From: Selaginella moellendorffii
Lineage: Eukaryota; Plantae; Lycopodiophyta
DNA: 64,000 bases
Reading direction: 5' to 3'
Assembly (NCBI RefSeq): GCF_000143415.4
Contig: NW_003314266.1
Span: 318,503-382,502, forward strand
In this document: piece by piece, positions 11,927 through 23,483 of the stretch
Numbering within the stretch: the stretch's first letter is position 1
Layout of the letters: every line of letters begins with the position of its first letter
Notes under the pieces: generated by a model
Seen by the model: only the letters and a program-made list of their open reading frames with translations
The model's database searches: none
Told to the model about the DNA's origin: nothing
Made by a program: the position numbers and the translations under genes

Positions 11927-12357
11927 GATGGCATGTATTTATTTAAAAATGTAACTTATTATGGCATGGGGTTCCATGCCATTGTATTAATATTAAAAGA
12001 CAATTCTTTGAGAGGATTTGCATTATACTAGAAGTGTTACAGCATGTTATTGGAAGTCTACGAAGTTGTTTTATTAATAAGGGGAAAGTAAAGATTAAAT
12101 GGGGACTTGGGCTCCACCTAGACTCGGAGCAACTGAGCCAATATTAAAAGGATGGAAAGAAATTGGACGACGATGACAAGGAGAAGAGAGAGGTGAAGCA
12201 GTGAGAAGTGATTGAGTAGACATTTCCTTGTTTAAAATAAAATGGCATGTGCCTCAATGCAGTTGAATTTTGTTATATTTATATACTATATAAAGGTTTG
12301 GAAACCTTATTTTACAAGTGGGATAATGACAATTCCCACTTTAACGAAATAGAGCTT

Positions 12358-13845
12358 TATTGGCAAACCTGTTAAGGTGCCGAGGGGAGATCACTAGGTG
12401 ATCTTGTGGCTAAATAAGGACAAGGTCCTTGTTTGGGTTAAGGAATAAGGTTCCTAGTTCAAAGTGTTAATTTGAACTATTGATGATGGTGTGGCTTGGT
12501 CAAGGTGACCAAGTGGGAAAAGCACCTTAGGGAAATGAGCTATGTCATTGCGATGGCATAGTGTGTCCAAGGAAAGTAGTCTCTAAAGAGACCCATGAGA
12601 GGGTCACAAAGTTAGGCCGAGGATAGAGCCCACAGCAGAAGATGCTAAAAGAGACTTACTAGGGGTGAACACCCTAGTCTTGGCAAAGCAGAGCCTTTGC
12701 TATGGAATCAAAAGAATACCTCAAGGAGGGAGGTAGAGATTCGATGTTGCTTGGTGCAACAATCAATGGATAGGAGCAAAAGATGAGTGGCCAAGATAGG
12801 GCCGTGGAATCCCTTGGAAGGAATCCAAGTGACAAAGTTAGGCGAGGAACACTAATGTGTTGGACGCTAACAAATTGCGGGAAAGGAAGTGTGTTTCCAA
12901 GGATGGATTCCGAATTGCTCCGATTTAGCGAAAGTGGAAGTTGCAAGGGAGGGAGCGGTAAGGTAGCCAAATGATAGGGCGATGGACAACCCTAGCACAA
13001 AGTGTGATAAATGGAATTTAGTGCCCAAGGTGGCACGAAATAGAAGAGAGGATGATGGTGCCCTCAAGTGATGAACTTCCTAGGATGGGGAAGTGGAGTT
13101 GCACAATCGGTGCAATGCAAGGTGTTGGAGACACCTAGGAAATTGACTTCCAAAAGTCAAAAGGGTAAAAGTTTCAAGGTGCAAAACATTCAATAGATGG
13201 AAATTGAGACTACTCTAGAAGGAGTAGTGGGATTGACTTAGAGAAGGGTCTCTAAGAGGTTTAGCGGGAACTAAACCAATAAAAGGAGAGAACCACTACA
13301 TGTGGTCCAATCAGTCTCTAAGTTGGAGAGACTACCCTCCTTAGAGGATGGGCAAGGCATGGTGAGCCTTTGGTGTCAAACCATTGAGGAATATGCAAAA
13401 GGCATGGTGAGCCTTCTATGTCAAACCCTTGACAAATATTGGCTAGGTGCCAAGGATGGAAATGGTGACACATGCGGGTGTTACTTTATAAAATGGTTTA
13501 CCGTTCGATGAGGACATCGAACTTCGTCTATGGGTGGTGGAGTTGTGAGACACAAAATCTCTAGGCCCCAAAGTGGAGCCAGAAGGGCGCCACATGGTAG
13601 TGGCCGAAGCGAGAGCCAAACGAGCGTAACACGTTTGGACTAAAAGCTCCGACTAAAAGCTCTCATGGGTCTCTTTAGAGACTACTTTCCTTGGACACAC
13701 TATGCCATCGCAATGACATAGCAATGGAGTCCGAGATGGAGTCCGAGGTGGACCCGAGATGGACTCGAAATGGAGTCCGAGATGGAGTCCGAGATGGACC
13801 CGAGATGGAGTCCGAAGTCGAGACCGAGACCGGGACCGAGACCGG

Positions 13846-13883
<38 letters not shown>

Positions 13884-15010
13884 TCGGGACCGAGACCGAG
13901 ACCGAGGCCGAGGCCGAGACCGAGCCCGAGCCCGAGTCCGAGTCCGAATCCGAGTCCGAGTCCGAGTCCGAGTCCAAGTCCGAGTCCGGAGCCTGAGAGG
14001 GTGAAAGCCCAAAGCGTTCGTCTCCCAGACCCTGGGGGGTTTGGTGAGCTCCAAAAGTATAGTAGGGGGAGGACTGTAGTGGAGCCAGTTTGGCCAGGAA
14101 AGGCCAGTTTGGCCAGGAAAGGCCAGTTTGGCCCAGGAAGGCCGGACCCAGTGTTGGGTGATGAGCTGCCCACTGGGAAGTCCAAGACTAGAGTGAACAC
14201 GGACCGACAAGCGGGGTAGCTTGGTGAAGTGTTCAAGAGCCGGCTCTAGTTCCCCCGGGAGATCGACTGGCCGATGCTCCCAGTCCAAGTGTGGGTGGCA
14301 CTACCTACTTGGATACCAGGCGTGGCTCAACGGAACCTCGCTCTAAGCCCATGGCTAGAGCACCTAAAGGCGAAGGTGGGGAGAGTACCCAGGTGGCTCG
14401 CGTAAGGCCACGGTGTTCCGAAATGGTGTCCCAAAGTCCCAGACTGTGAAAAGGAAGAGGGGTAGCCCTCGGGTGGGGTGACCAAGGACACAGTCACACA
14501 GTGAGGAAGTCCTCAAGGATAGTGGGACTTAGTGGTCGGGCCGGTGGGCCTTGATCCAGTGGCAGTGTTGGCGAACACAGCCAAGGACAGAAAGGGATTT
14601 GGTGGGGACCGGAACAGAGATATTGGGGAAGGCTATTCCCCATGTCTGTAGGCATCCTAAGGATGTTAAGGAGTGGATCTGGGATGATCCCTCATGGACG
14701 GATGACCCAGTCTTTGAGAGACGGGATTGGAATGCAGGTGGTGTTGGACCACCAGTGTGACCAAGGTAATTGGGCATGGCCTTAGCGTAACGGGCCGATA
14801 CGTCGGTGGTACCTTGGGGTGTCTATCATGGGATCGGACACGTGGAGCACTTGGACCAAGTGCTAAGGTTGAGTGGCATGGATGCCATTCTCGGGGCTAG
14901 CAAGTTCCAAGTCCTAAGTTGGACTTATGGAGGTTGTGAATGAGACTCCTCCAAGTGGTCGGAGGTGTGGTTAAGTGACTAAAGTAGAATGGAAAAATTA
15001 GTCGCTTACA
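12358..15010 (+). mobile_element. 5'-truncated long LTR (family A) with internal GATGGAGTCCGA/GAGACC minisatellite
   Basis: Colinear with 15215-18101 and 30723-33388; ends in ...AAAATTAGTCGCTTACA; minisatellite at 13724-13990. Confidence 0.75.
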
Positions 15011-18000
15011 ATTGCTTAGTGTGAAAGCTCGGCATATCTAACTTGAACACTTTGGTGCAAGTGGCACCAAGGACGTGGTGAGTGAGATAGGGACACCTAA
15101 TCTCAGTTGCTATGAACCCTTGGCCGTAAGGGCTGGCTTGGGTGCACCGCCAAGTGTGGGGGATGCCCCCGGGGTTATAGTCAACAACTTGAAGGTCTAG
15201 AAGACCAAGTACCTCTTGGCAACTCTGTTAAGGTGCCAAGGTGAGATCACTAGGTGATCTTATGGCCAAATAAGGACGAGGTCCTTGGTTGGCTAAGGAA
15301 TGAAATTCCTGGTTCAAAATGTTGAAATTGAACTTTTTAAGGTGGTGTGGCTTGGTCATGATGACCAAGTGGGAAGAGCACCTAAGGGAAATAAACTATG
15401 TCCGTGCGATGGCATAGTGAGTCCGAGGAAGGTAGTCTCTATAAGAAACCCATGGGAGGGTCACGAAGTTGGGCCGTGGATAGAGCCCATAGCAGAAGAT
15501 GCTAAAGAGACGTACTAAGGGTGAACATCCTCCGAACTTGGCAAAGAAGAATCTTTGCTATGGAACTGAAAGGATACCTCAAAAATGGAGGTAGCGATCC
15601 TATGTTGCTGGGTGCAACAATCAAGGATAGGAGCAATGGACTAGTGGCCAAGTTTGGGCCATGGAATTTAATGGAAGGGATCCAAATGGCAAAGTTAGCC
15701 AAGGAACACTAATGTGTTTGATGCTAACGGCTTGTGGGAAAGGAAGTGTGTTTCCAAGGATGGATTCCGAATTGCTCCGATTTGGCGAAAGTGGAAGCTC
15801 CAAGGGAGGGAGCGGTAAGGTAGCCAAATGATAGAGCCATGGACAGCCCTAGCACAAAATATGATAAATGGAACTTAGTGCCCAAGGTGGCACGAAATAG
15901 AAGAGAGGATGATGGTGCCCTCAAGTAAAGAACTTCCTAAGATGGGGAAGTGGAGTTGCACAAAATGTGCAATGCAAGGTGTTGGAGACACCTAGGAAAT
16001 TGAATTCCAGAGGTCAAAGAGTAAAAGTTCCAAGGTGCAAACGTTCCATAGATGGAAATTGAGACTACTCGAGAAGGAGTAGTGGGATTGACTTAGAGAA
16101 GGGTCTCTGAGAGGTGTAGCAAGAACTAAACCAAATAAAAGGAGAGAACCACTACATGTGGTCCAATCAGTCTCTAAGTTGGAGAGACTACCCTCCTTAG
16201 AGGATGGGCAAGGCATGGTGAGCCTTTAGTGTCAAACCATTGACGAATATGCAGAAGGCATGGTGAGCCTTCAATGTTAAACCATTGACGAATACAGAGA
16301 AGGCATGGTGAGCCTTCAATGTCAGACCATTGACAAATATTGGCTAGGTGCCAAAGATGGAAATCGTAACACATGTGGGTGTTACTTTATAAAATGGTTT
16401 ACCGTTCGATGAGGACATCGAACTTCGTCTATGGGTGGTGGAGTTGTGAGACACAAAATCCCTAGGCCCCAAAGTGGAGCTGGAAGGGCGCCACGTGGTA
16501 GTGGCCGAAGCGAAAACCAAACGAGCGTAACACGTTTGGACTAAAAGCTCCGACTTGAAAGGTCGAGAGCGGGAGTGGAACTCCCAACAAAGTGCTCGAG
16601 GAATGAGCACGAAGTGAGCCATAAGCGAGGCTCTAAAAAGGGACCCGAAAGGACCAACACATGACACGTGGAAGTGTCCGAGATGGACCCGAAGTGGAGT
16701 CCGAGATGGAGTCCGAGATGGACCCGAAATGGAGTCCGATATGGAGTCCGAGATGGAGTCTGAGATGGAGTCCGAGATGGAGTCCGAGGTGGACCCGAGA
16801 TGGACCCGAGATGGAGTCCAAGATGGAGTCCGAGATGGGACCCGAGATGGAGTCCGAGATGGACCCGAGATGGAGTCCGAGATGGAGTCCGAGATGGGAC
16901 CCGAGATGGAGTCCGAGATGGACCCGAGATGGAGTCCGAGATGGACCCGAGATGGAGTCCAAGATGGACCCGAGATGGAGTCCGAAGTCGAGACCGAGAC
17001 CGAGATCGGGACCGAGACCGAGACCGAGACCGAGATCGGGACCGAGACCGAGACCGAGTCCGAGTCCGAGTCCGAGTCCGAGTTCGAGTCCGAGTTCGAG
17101 TCTGAGAGGGTGAAAGCCCAAAGCGTTTGTCTCCCAGACCCTGGGGGGTTTGGTGAGCTCCAAAAGTATAGTAGGGGGAGGACTGCAGTGGAGCCAGTTT
17201 GGCCAGGAAAGGCCAGTTTGGCCCAGGAAGGCCGGATCTAGTGTTGGGTGATGAGATGCCCACTGTGAAGTCCAAGACTGGAGTGAATACGGACCGACAA
17301 GCGGGGTAGCTTGGTGAAGTGTTCAAGAGCCGGCTCTAGTTCCCCCGGGAGATCGACTGGCCGATGCTCCCAGTCCAAGTGTGGGTGGCACTACCTACTT
17401 GGATACCTGGGGTGGCTCAACGGAACCCCGCTCTAAGCCCATGGCTAGAGCACCCAAGGGCAGAAGGTGAGGAGAGTACCCAGGTGGCTTGCGTAAGGCC
17501 ATAGTGTTCCGAAATGTTGTCCCAAAGGCCCAGACTGTGGAAAGGAAGAGGAGCAGTCCTTTGGGGTAGTGACCAAGGACACAGTCGTGTGGTGAGGAAG
17601 TCCCAGAGGACTGTGGGACTTAGTGGTCGGGCCTGTGGGTCTCGATCCAGTGGCAGTGTTGGCAAACACGGCCAGGGGCAGAAAGGGACTTAGTGGGGAT
17701 TGATAGAGGGATATTGGGGAAGGCTATTCCCCTTGTTGGTGGGCATCCTAAGGATGCTAAGGAGTGGATATGAGATGACCACTCACGGATGGTTTGCCTA
17801 GTCTTGGAGAGCCAAGACTGTGATGCAAGTGGTATTGGACTACCAGTGTGTCAAAGGTGATTGGGCATGGCCTTAGCGTAACAGGCTGCCATATCGGTGG
17901 TACCTTTGAGTGTCGGTCATGGGATCAGACACGTGGAGCACTTGGACCAAGTGCAAATATTGAGTGGCATGGATGCCATTCTCAGGGCTAGCAAGTCCCA

Positions 18001-18101
18001 AGTCCTGGATTGGACTTATGGGGGTTGTGAATGAGACTCCTCCAAGTGGTCGGAGGTGTGGTTAAGTGACTAAAGTAGAATGGAAAATTTAGTCGCTTAC
18101 A
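15011..18101 (+). mobile_element. Second, tandem 5'-truncated family-A LTR
   Basis: Matches 30525-33388; minisatellite at 16677-17105; three 45-bp units at 16211, 16256 and 16301; same ...GTCGCTTACA end. Confidence 0.75.
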
Positions 18102-21100
18102 CACCGCCACCACCACCACCCCCACCATCACCATTGCCACCTCCACCTTTACTCCTCACTAGCCCACCACTAGCGCAAATCCCTTAAGTTGGGCAATCTA
18201 GTGGTGTTCACGATAGGGAACCTGAGGAACAGTCTGGAGCTGAAAGAGTTGCAAACCTTCCTGACAATGTGGTGGACAAGCACTTCCAAGAAACTATTAT
18301 GCGGACAAGGGAAAAAGCAGTTCACCAAACACATGAGGCGCTCAAGTGGCCAGACCCTTGTGACTTGATCAGAGAAATCCCCTTTTGCCATTTGCAACAG
18401 ACGAACCTTGTCTACATAGCATCCATGTATGTCAACCCAGACATATATAGCTTGTTCAAACAGAATGGCCTTGCAACAAATATCAGTATGTTTCTAGTCT
18501 CTTTTTGCAAGCCAGGAACAACGGAGATCATTACTGTCACACCCAAGATTGTGAATAGCTGGGATCCTATTTTGGAGGAGAAAGTCCCTGGAATTTGATG
18601 ACATGCTTATCAGACATCTTGAGGCTCAACAATTTGCGGGGACAATGTTCCAAATTATTGACAGTAACCACCGATATGGAGCTTGGATGAAGTGAATCGA
18701 CGATCATTTTCGTGATGATCCCATCTACTATATCAACGTTCCAGTCGGCCTGTGTACGTGAGGGGACCTTTAGATGTCAATAGACTTATCTTGGCCTACC
18801 AAAAGATCAATGTGTAAGTTTTATAATTTTACCTCTAACTTCACTTTAACTTGTTTTGTCGTGTTTAAATGCAAGTTTGGGCAGTTTGCTGTTCAAGAGC
18901 AAAACTTTGTCTATGACTACGATTTTTGGCAAACTTGACATCTGCCAACATTATGGTGATGATCTCGCAACACTTGTTCGGCACTCACGCACTCGAAATG
19001 ATAGTACAACTTGGTTCAACAACCTAATCAATTTTATGCTCGCTGTGTGGTGTAAGGTATGTCTTTCCCTTTTATTTTATAAGAGCCTCTTTTAATTGTT
19101 TTGGTTTTTAGCCTTTGGTGAAGGTCAAACAAGATGCTTACGAACTGGCATATCCGGAGAAGAGTCGGGAAGGGCTCTCAGCTGAGTTCATACAAATTAA
19201 GCACAAAATTCAGCATGCAAAGTCTTCAAAGTTGAAGAAACTAGTATGCATAGCAAACAATTGCAGGCCAAAAGAGTGGCTAGAGATTATAGCCGAAATT
19301 TCTTCTCATGAATGTAAGTTTCTTATCACACTTAATGTTTTTCAATTATGCATATATTACTTTTGCAATGAACAAAACTCCAGATGACATGATTTACAAT
19401 ATCGCAAAATCAAAACTTCCATATAAACAACAAATAGAGACTCTGGAGTTCCTCAATATCTGCTTGATGAACAAAAAGAAAGGACTGCCAGAACTATTTG
19501 AGAATATAATGAGAAGGGTTGTCTATATTATGTAAACTATAAGTGAATGTGATAAGTTCTTAGCACCACACATTAGTGACGATTCAGATGGCACATTCAT
19601 GTATTTCGACACCTACATCAACACATCATTGGAAGGGATTGAAGAGGGGTGGCTGCCAAAGAAGTTTACAAGGACAACAATTTATGATTGCTAACATGGT
19701 CAACCTTATTTCATGCGATGTATAACTTACATGTATAATATGATTTCTAAGACTTTTTTTAAATATATATTGTTTACAGGTATCTTTGATATAGAGGCAT
19801 GCCATTTGAGACACCAGTTTGCATTTGACTTGTTACAAAGGGTGTAAGGGATGGAAGAATATACCCAACAATGTTTGTGAGAGTTCCGAAGGCATGGAAG
19901 ATAGAATGCCCTTGGGAGTTGGAGCTCCTAGGGAAGGAGACCTTTATACTAGATCGCGAGGAAGTTGTCAATGCTAGTAACGATGGCAATGCAAGTGACA
20001 ATGGAGATGAGGATGAGGAAGCTCCAGATCAAGTTCATGTTCCACCACCAAACAGCTAGGATCAAGCTCCAGTTCAACCATCAAACAACCAAGATTCGGA
20101 TCAAGTTCTACCAGTAAATAATGATGATTAAGTGGTTCATAGAATATCACGTCAACCATGAGGTAAGCAAAAGTGAATTTTACAAACTAAAGGTGGTAAT
20201 ACATGTTTTTTGCAGCAATGACTGTTAGTAGTAATTTTATTCCAGCTCGACGAGATGCTCGTGAAGAGGAGTTGGAGGAATTCTCATCGACAACACGGCA
20301 TATGATGGTAGCATATTATTTATTGCTTTTTTCATTCACTTAGTTCCTTTATAGGTTCGTCCTGTATCCCCAATAACACAACGAGGCATTGTGGGTATCT
20401 TTATTAGCTCTTACAGTAGATTGTTGACATCTTTCATGGAAGACAACATCAACATGGATATACGGCGTCAGTTCAACTGTTAGTGCCAAAAGATACAAAG
20501 GCCCTTGCTTCCAATTGCAGACTTCATTCTCTTCGACTTTCCAGATGGTCTTTCAGATATCGATGGGAAAGTTGAGGATTGGAACTTTCTCACACTTGAC
20601 CACATACCCAATGCATTCTTATTGTCCAAAGCATTTATGCTCAAAGTTGGCCATGTCATCTTCATCTTACCAAACTACCCCAACTGGATGTATGAGCTTA
20701 TGACATATGTAGCAAAAGTTCATTTCAAATCATTCTCTTCCGAATGCATCATGGATCCTATTGGTGTCGATATGAGGGGCGTCCAAGGGAAGTTTGAAAA
20801 GGTGAGTATGTATTTTATATTTTTATCTAATTTCTAAACATTTTTATTTTTCAGGTTATGATGTGGACCTATCATACCTTCCGTAGAAATACACATGATG
20901 GGTTTCATGATAGCAAATGTGCAACATGTGTTTTGCTTGGGTACAATAGTTCCACTAACAGCATACCCAACCTTGTGGATGAGCAAATCCGCAACACGTT
21001 TCCAAAGTATTGATTTCAAACTCCATTGGCAATGCAAGTCTTGCTTGAGCTCTATTGCCCACCAAATGGTGTTGTGATTGATTGCACAGCAGGTAGCGGT

Positions 21101-21426
21101 TCTATAATGGAGGCAACACATGACTCTGGTAGGTCGGTGTTTGCTATTGAAGAACATCATTTCTTCAAACACCAGCTCAGAGGATTTTGTGAGTTGCCTC
21201 CAACCTCAAAAAGGTAAATTATGTTTATTAAAATTTCAATATATGTTTAATTCTATTTTATAGATCACTGTCACCTAAAGTTTCTAGAATTGGAGGCTTT
21301 GGAAGTCTCCTTGACTATGCAGGAGCTATGGCTCAACATATGCAAGATGAATCTTCCCCACAATACCAATATAAGAGGAAGTATAAAAGAAATCATTATG
21401 TTGATGATGAGGCAGAAGAAAGTTAA
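18102..21426 (+). pseudogene. Decayed intron-containing ParB + beta-class N6/N4 DNA methyltransferase fusion gene
   Basis: MFQIIDSNHRYGAW at 18645-18686 (ParB DGxHR motif, GGT>AGT). ADFILFDFPDG at ~20517 (DPPY-motif position). FQTPLAMQVLLELYCPPNGVVIDCTAGSGSIMEATHDSGRSVFAIE at 21014-21151 (motifs X/I). In-frame stops such as TGA at 21011; intron at ~20802-20855. Confidence 0.7.
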
Positions 21427-21524
21427 TTGCATCCTTATATAAAATGAAAAGCTTATTATATATCAAATGTCAGTGAAAGTGTTAAATGTCAGTAAAAGTG
21501 TCAGATGTCAGTGTCAGTGTCAAA

Positions 21525-23205
21525 TATCATAATTGCAAATTATCATTCTCACCTACCACCATCACTTTGTAACGCTTGTGTGTTGCTATCTCCTCCTTCA
21601 ACATTTTGTAAACAATTGTATATGATACGATAGCACCTTCTAAAACAAAGTATGTTATCTAATATCATTTTATTATATTTTTTCTTTTAATAGTGACAAT
21701 ACTATAGTATAGTAAAGTAATTCTAGATCTTACATTCCACTGTAGGGTGGCCTAAAAACCCTATATTTTGCACTAGCCGATGCAGTGTTTCCCAAGAGGA
21801 TGTTGTTCTTCACCATGAAGCGATAGTGGGTATGTGTTCGTAATTCATTCTTGAATCTATCGTACATCCACATATGCATATTTTCCAAACCCGCTATTAG
21901 GCAATTCATATAGTGCTCAAGAAAAGTTTGTAAACCCATAGAACCATTTGTCTTGTCCAAGAAAAATTAACATATTGGACACCAAATGTAATAGCATTCT
22001 ATGCTTTCAAGTAGTCTTGCCATGTCATGAGCAAGATTTTGCAAAAACATGTGGCATTGCTCTTGAAGCGCTAGAGGCAATCCCTCTCTAGTAGCAAGAT
22101 TCGGAATTTCACATATAGGGAGCTCTAATTTAGCTTCACTAGAGCCCTCAACAAAAAAAGGATTGTTATGTGGAGGTGAAGGTGGAATGTTAGTAGAACT
22201 TAGGGATGCAAATGGAGATTGATATGAAATGCTAAGGGGCCAAGTACGAGTAGCAATGACTTTCCTTCGAGCCATTTTAATACAAACTTCCAAGGAGCTC
22301 AAGGAGAACAAAAAAACTATGATAACTATAGCTTTTCTAAATAGTTTACATATTAAGTTTTAGTCTTGGGAATGAGGTTTATTTATTATGACACTGACAA
22401 TACTCAGATTCTTTAAATGTCAATCTTGGAAATAGGGCTTCATAATACTAGCTTGCTTGTAAACATAAGAGCTTCTAGAATTTTAGATTATCGTGTATAC
22501 ATATGCTCTATCATTATGATGAAATCCTACTTTACTACACATATATTTTTTTTTACACATGCCAAATGTCTAAGGAAATAGACTGCAAGGAAATATAAAC
22601 TACATTATAGTGGCAGAGCATGTTGGCACGCTACCATTCTCTCGTGTGAGATTGCCTTTCAATCTTGGAAATGTAGATAAAGTTGATTCTTTGATATGAT
22701 ATTACTTTTGAGTCTTTCGAAAGATTTCGATTTCTTTTATTATTATTTACAAACAACTCCTGAAAACTTTTAATGAGGATTCATTGCAAAAATATACCTT
22801 GGTCTTATCATATGAGAGGATTGCAATATAGACAGGCAACAGAGTTTTTAATATGAATTAATATGTAAATTACAAATGTCATGGAAACTTTTATAAAGTA
22901 GATTTTTTGATGCTTTCCACTGTGCTTTTCATTTCTTCATTTCTTTTGCTCTGGACTATTATTTCAGAAGTAACAGAAGCATTTTTATCTATCATGATAG
23001 TGGTCTTCACATTCCCAGATGGGTAGTAAGGACCAAGAGTGTAATATGGAGATTGTGGTAGTGAAACAAAATTAGTATTTTCACATTCTTTTGCATTACA
23101 ACTCTTACTCACAGATCTTGTATTTTCCTTGCTTCCCATCTTCTCAAGAACCTTAAAAAATCTTTTGAATGAAGGAATAGTATCTATAGCTGTAAAAGTA
23201 TTCAA
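21525..23205 (-). pseudogene. Decayed gene(s): CxxC...H zinc-finger-like domain and possible Ulp1/C48 protease remnant
   Basis: CPIC*FFLDKTNGSMGLQTFLEHY...KNELRTHTHYRFMV at ~21980-21810. LYCNPL...IERQSH at ~22830-22645, and the paralog at ~28570-28520 reads ...ENACGPVCLH. Many stops. Confidence 0.4.
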
Positions 23206-23424
23206 AATATTAAGTAGTCAAATCAAAATATGACAGCTGTAACAGTTGTCATAATAAAATAATATAGCTTTATAAAAGATAGGTTCTCATGAACTTTGTC
23301 TTTTTTAAACAATTTAATCTTATAGAAACTTTTAACTCAAATATTTACGTATTTAAATATTTTAAAGTTTGCTAGAACCTTCATTTGTTCAATTTAGATT
23401 TCCTTTGTAATACTTCTTATTGAC

Positions 23425-23483
23425 TATGTTAACTTGAGTTGACTTGTGCTGAATTGAGCTCAACTCAACTTTGGACCATCCCC
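23425..23483. mobile_element. Right terminal inverted repeat of the decayed ParB-MTase element (...TTGAGCTCAACTCAACTTTGGACCATCCC)
   Basis: The same terminus ends the duplicate at 29286 with a different flank. Its reverse complement resembles 63024-63084. Confidence 0.6.

Larger units (their letters stand above)
152..12260. repeat. Dispersed 22-bp palindrome ATGGCRTG-N6-CAYGCCAT (~20 full or near-full copies plus ~5 half sites)
   Basis: Copies start at 1568, 1625, 3471, 3541, 3639, 4362, 5226, 5305, 5464, 5599, 6364, 6441, 6501, 7778, 9250, 9391, 9582, 10809, 10884 and 11961. Half sites near 166, 4268, 4304, 11928 and 12242. 3542-3561 and 10809-10830 are perfect palindromes. Confidence 0.92.
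1..12357. mobile_element. Putative large DNA transposon (Sola1/DUF7869-type transposase plus divergent ParB-MTase-like-phosphatase cargo gene); left end probably outside the window, right end abuts an LTR fragment
   Basis: Two intact divergent genes, one a DDD-type transposase. A 22-bp palindrome recurs from 152 to ~12260 and was not seen beyond. Sequence switches to LTR-family DNA at ~12358. No TIR or TSD identified. Confidence 0.65.

Noticed and set aside
152-12260. Palindromic repeats as a CRISPR array
   Set aside because: Spacing is irregular (tens of bp to kb), copies lie in introns and exons, there are no cas genes and the context is eukaryotic.
12288-12345. Two small hairpins (AAGGTTT/AAACCTT; AAGTGGGA/TCCCACTT) as the element's terminus
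   Set aside because: Stems are only 7-8 bp and there is no matching left end in the window, so they cannot be called a TIR or Helitron end.
1-23483. Treating 1-12357 and 18102-23483 as one element split by the LTR tandem
   Set aside because: The first has intact ORFs and the palindrome; the second is full of stops and lacks it, implying different ages or families. Nesting remains possible.
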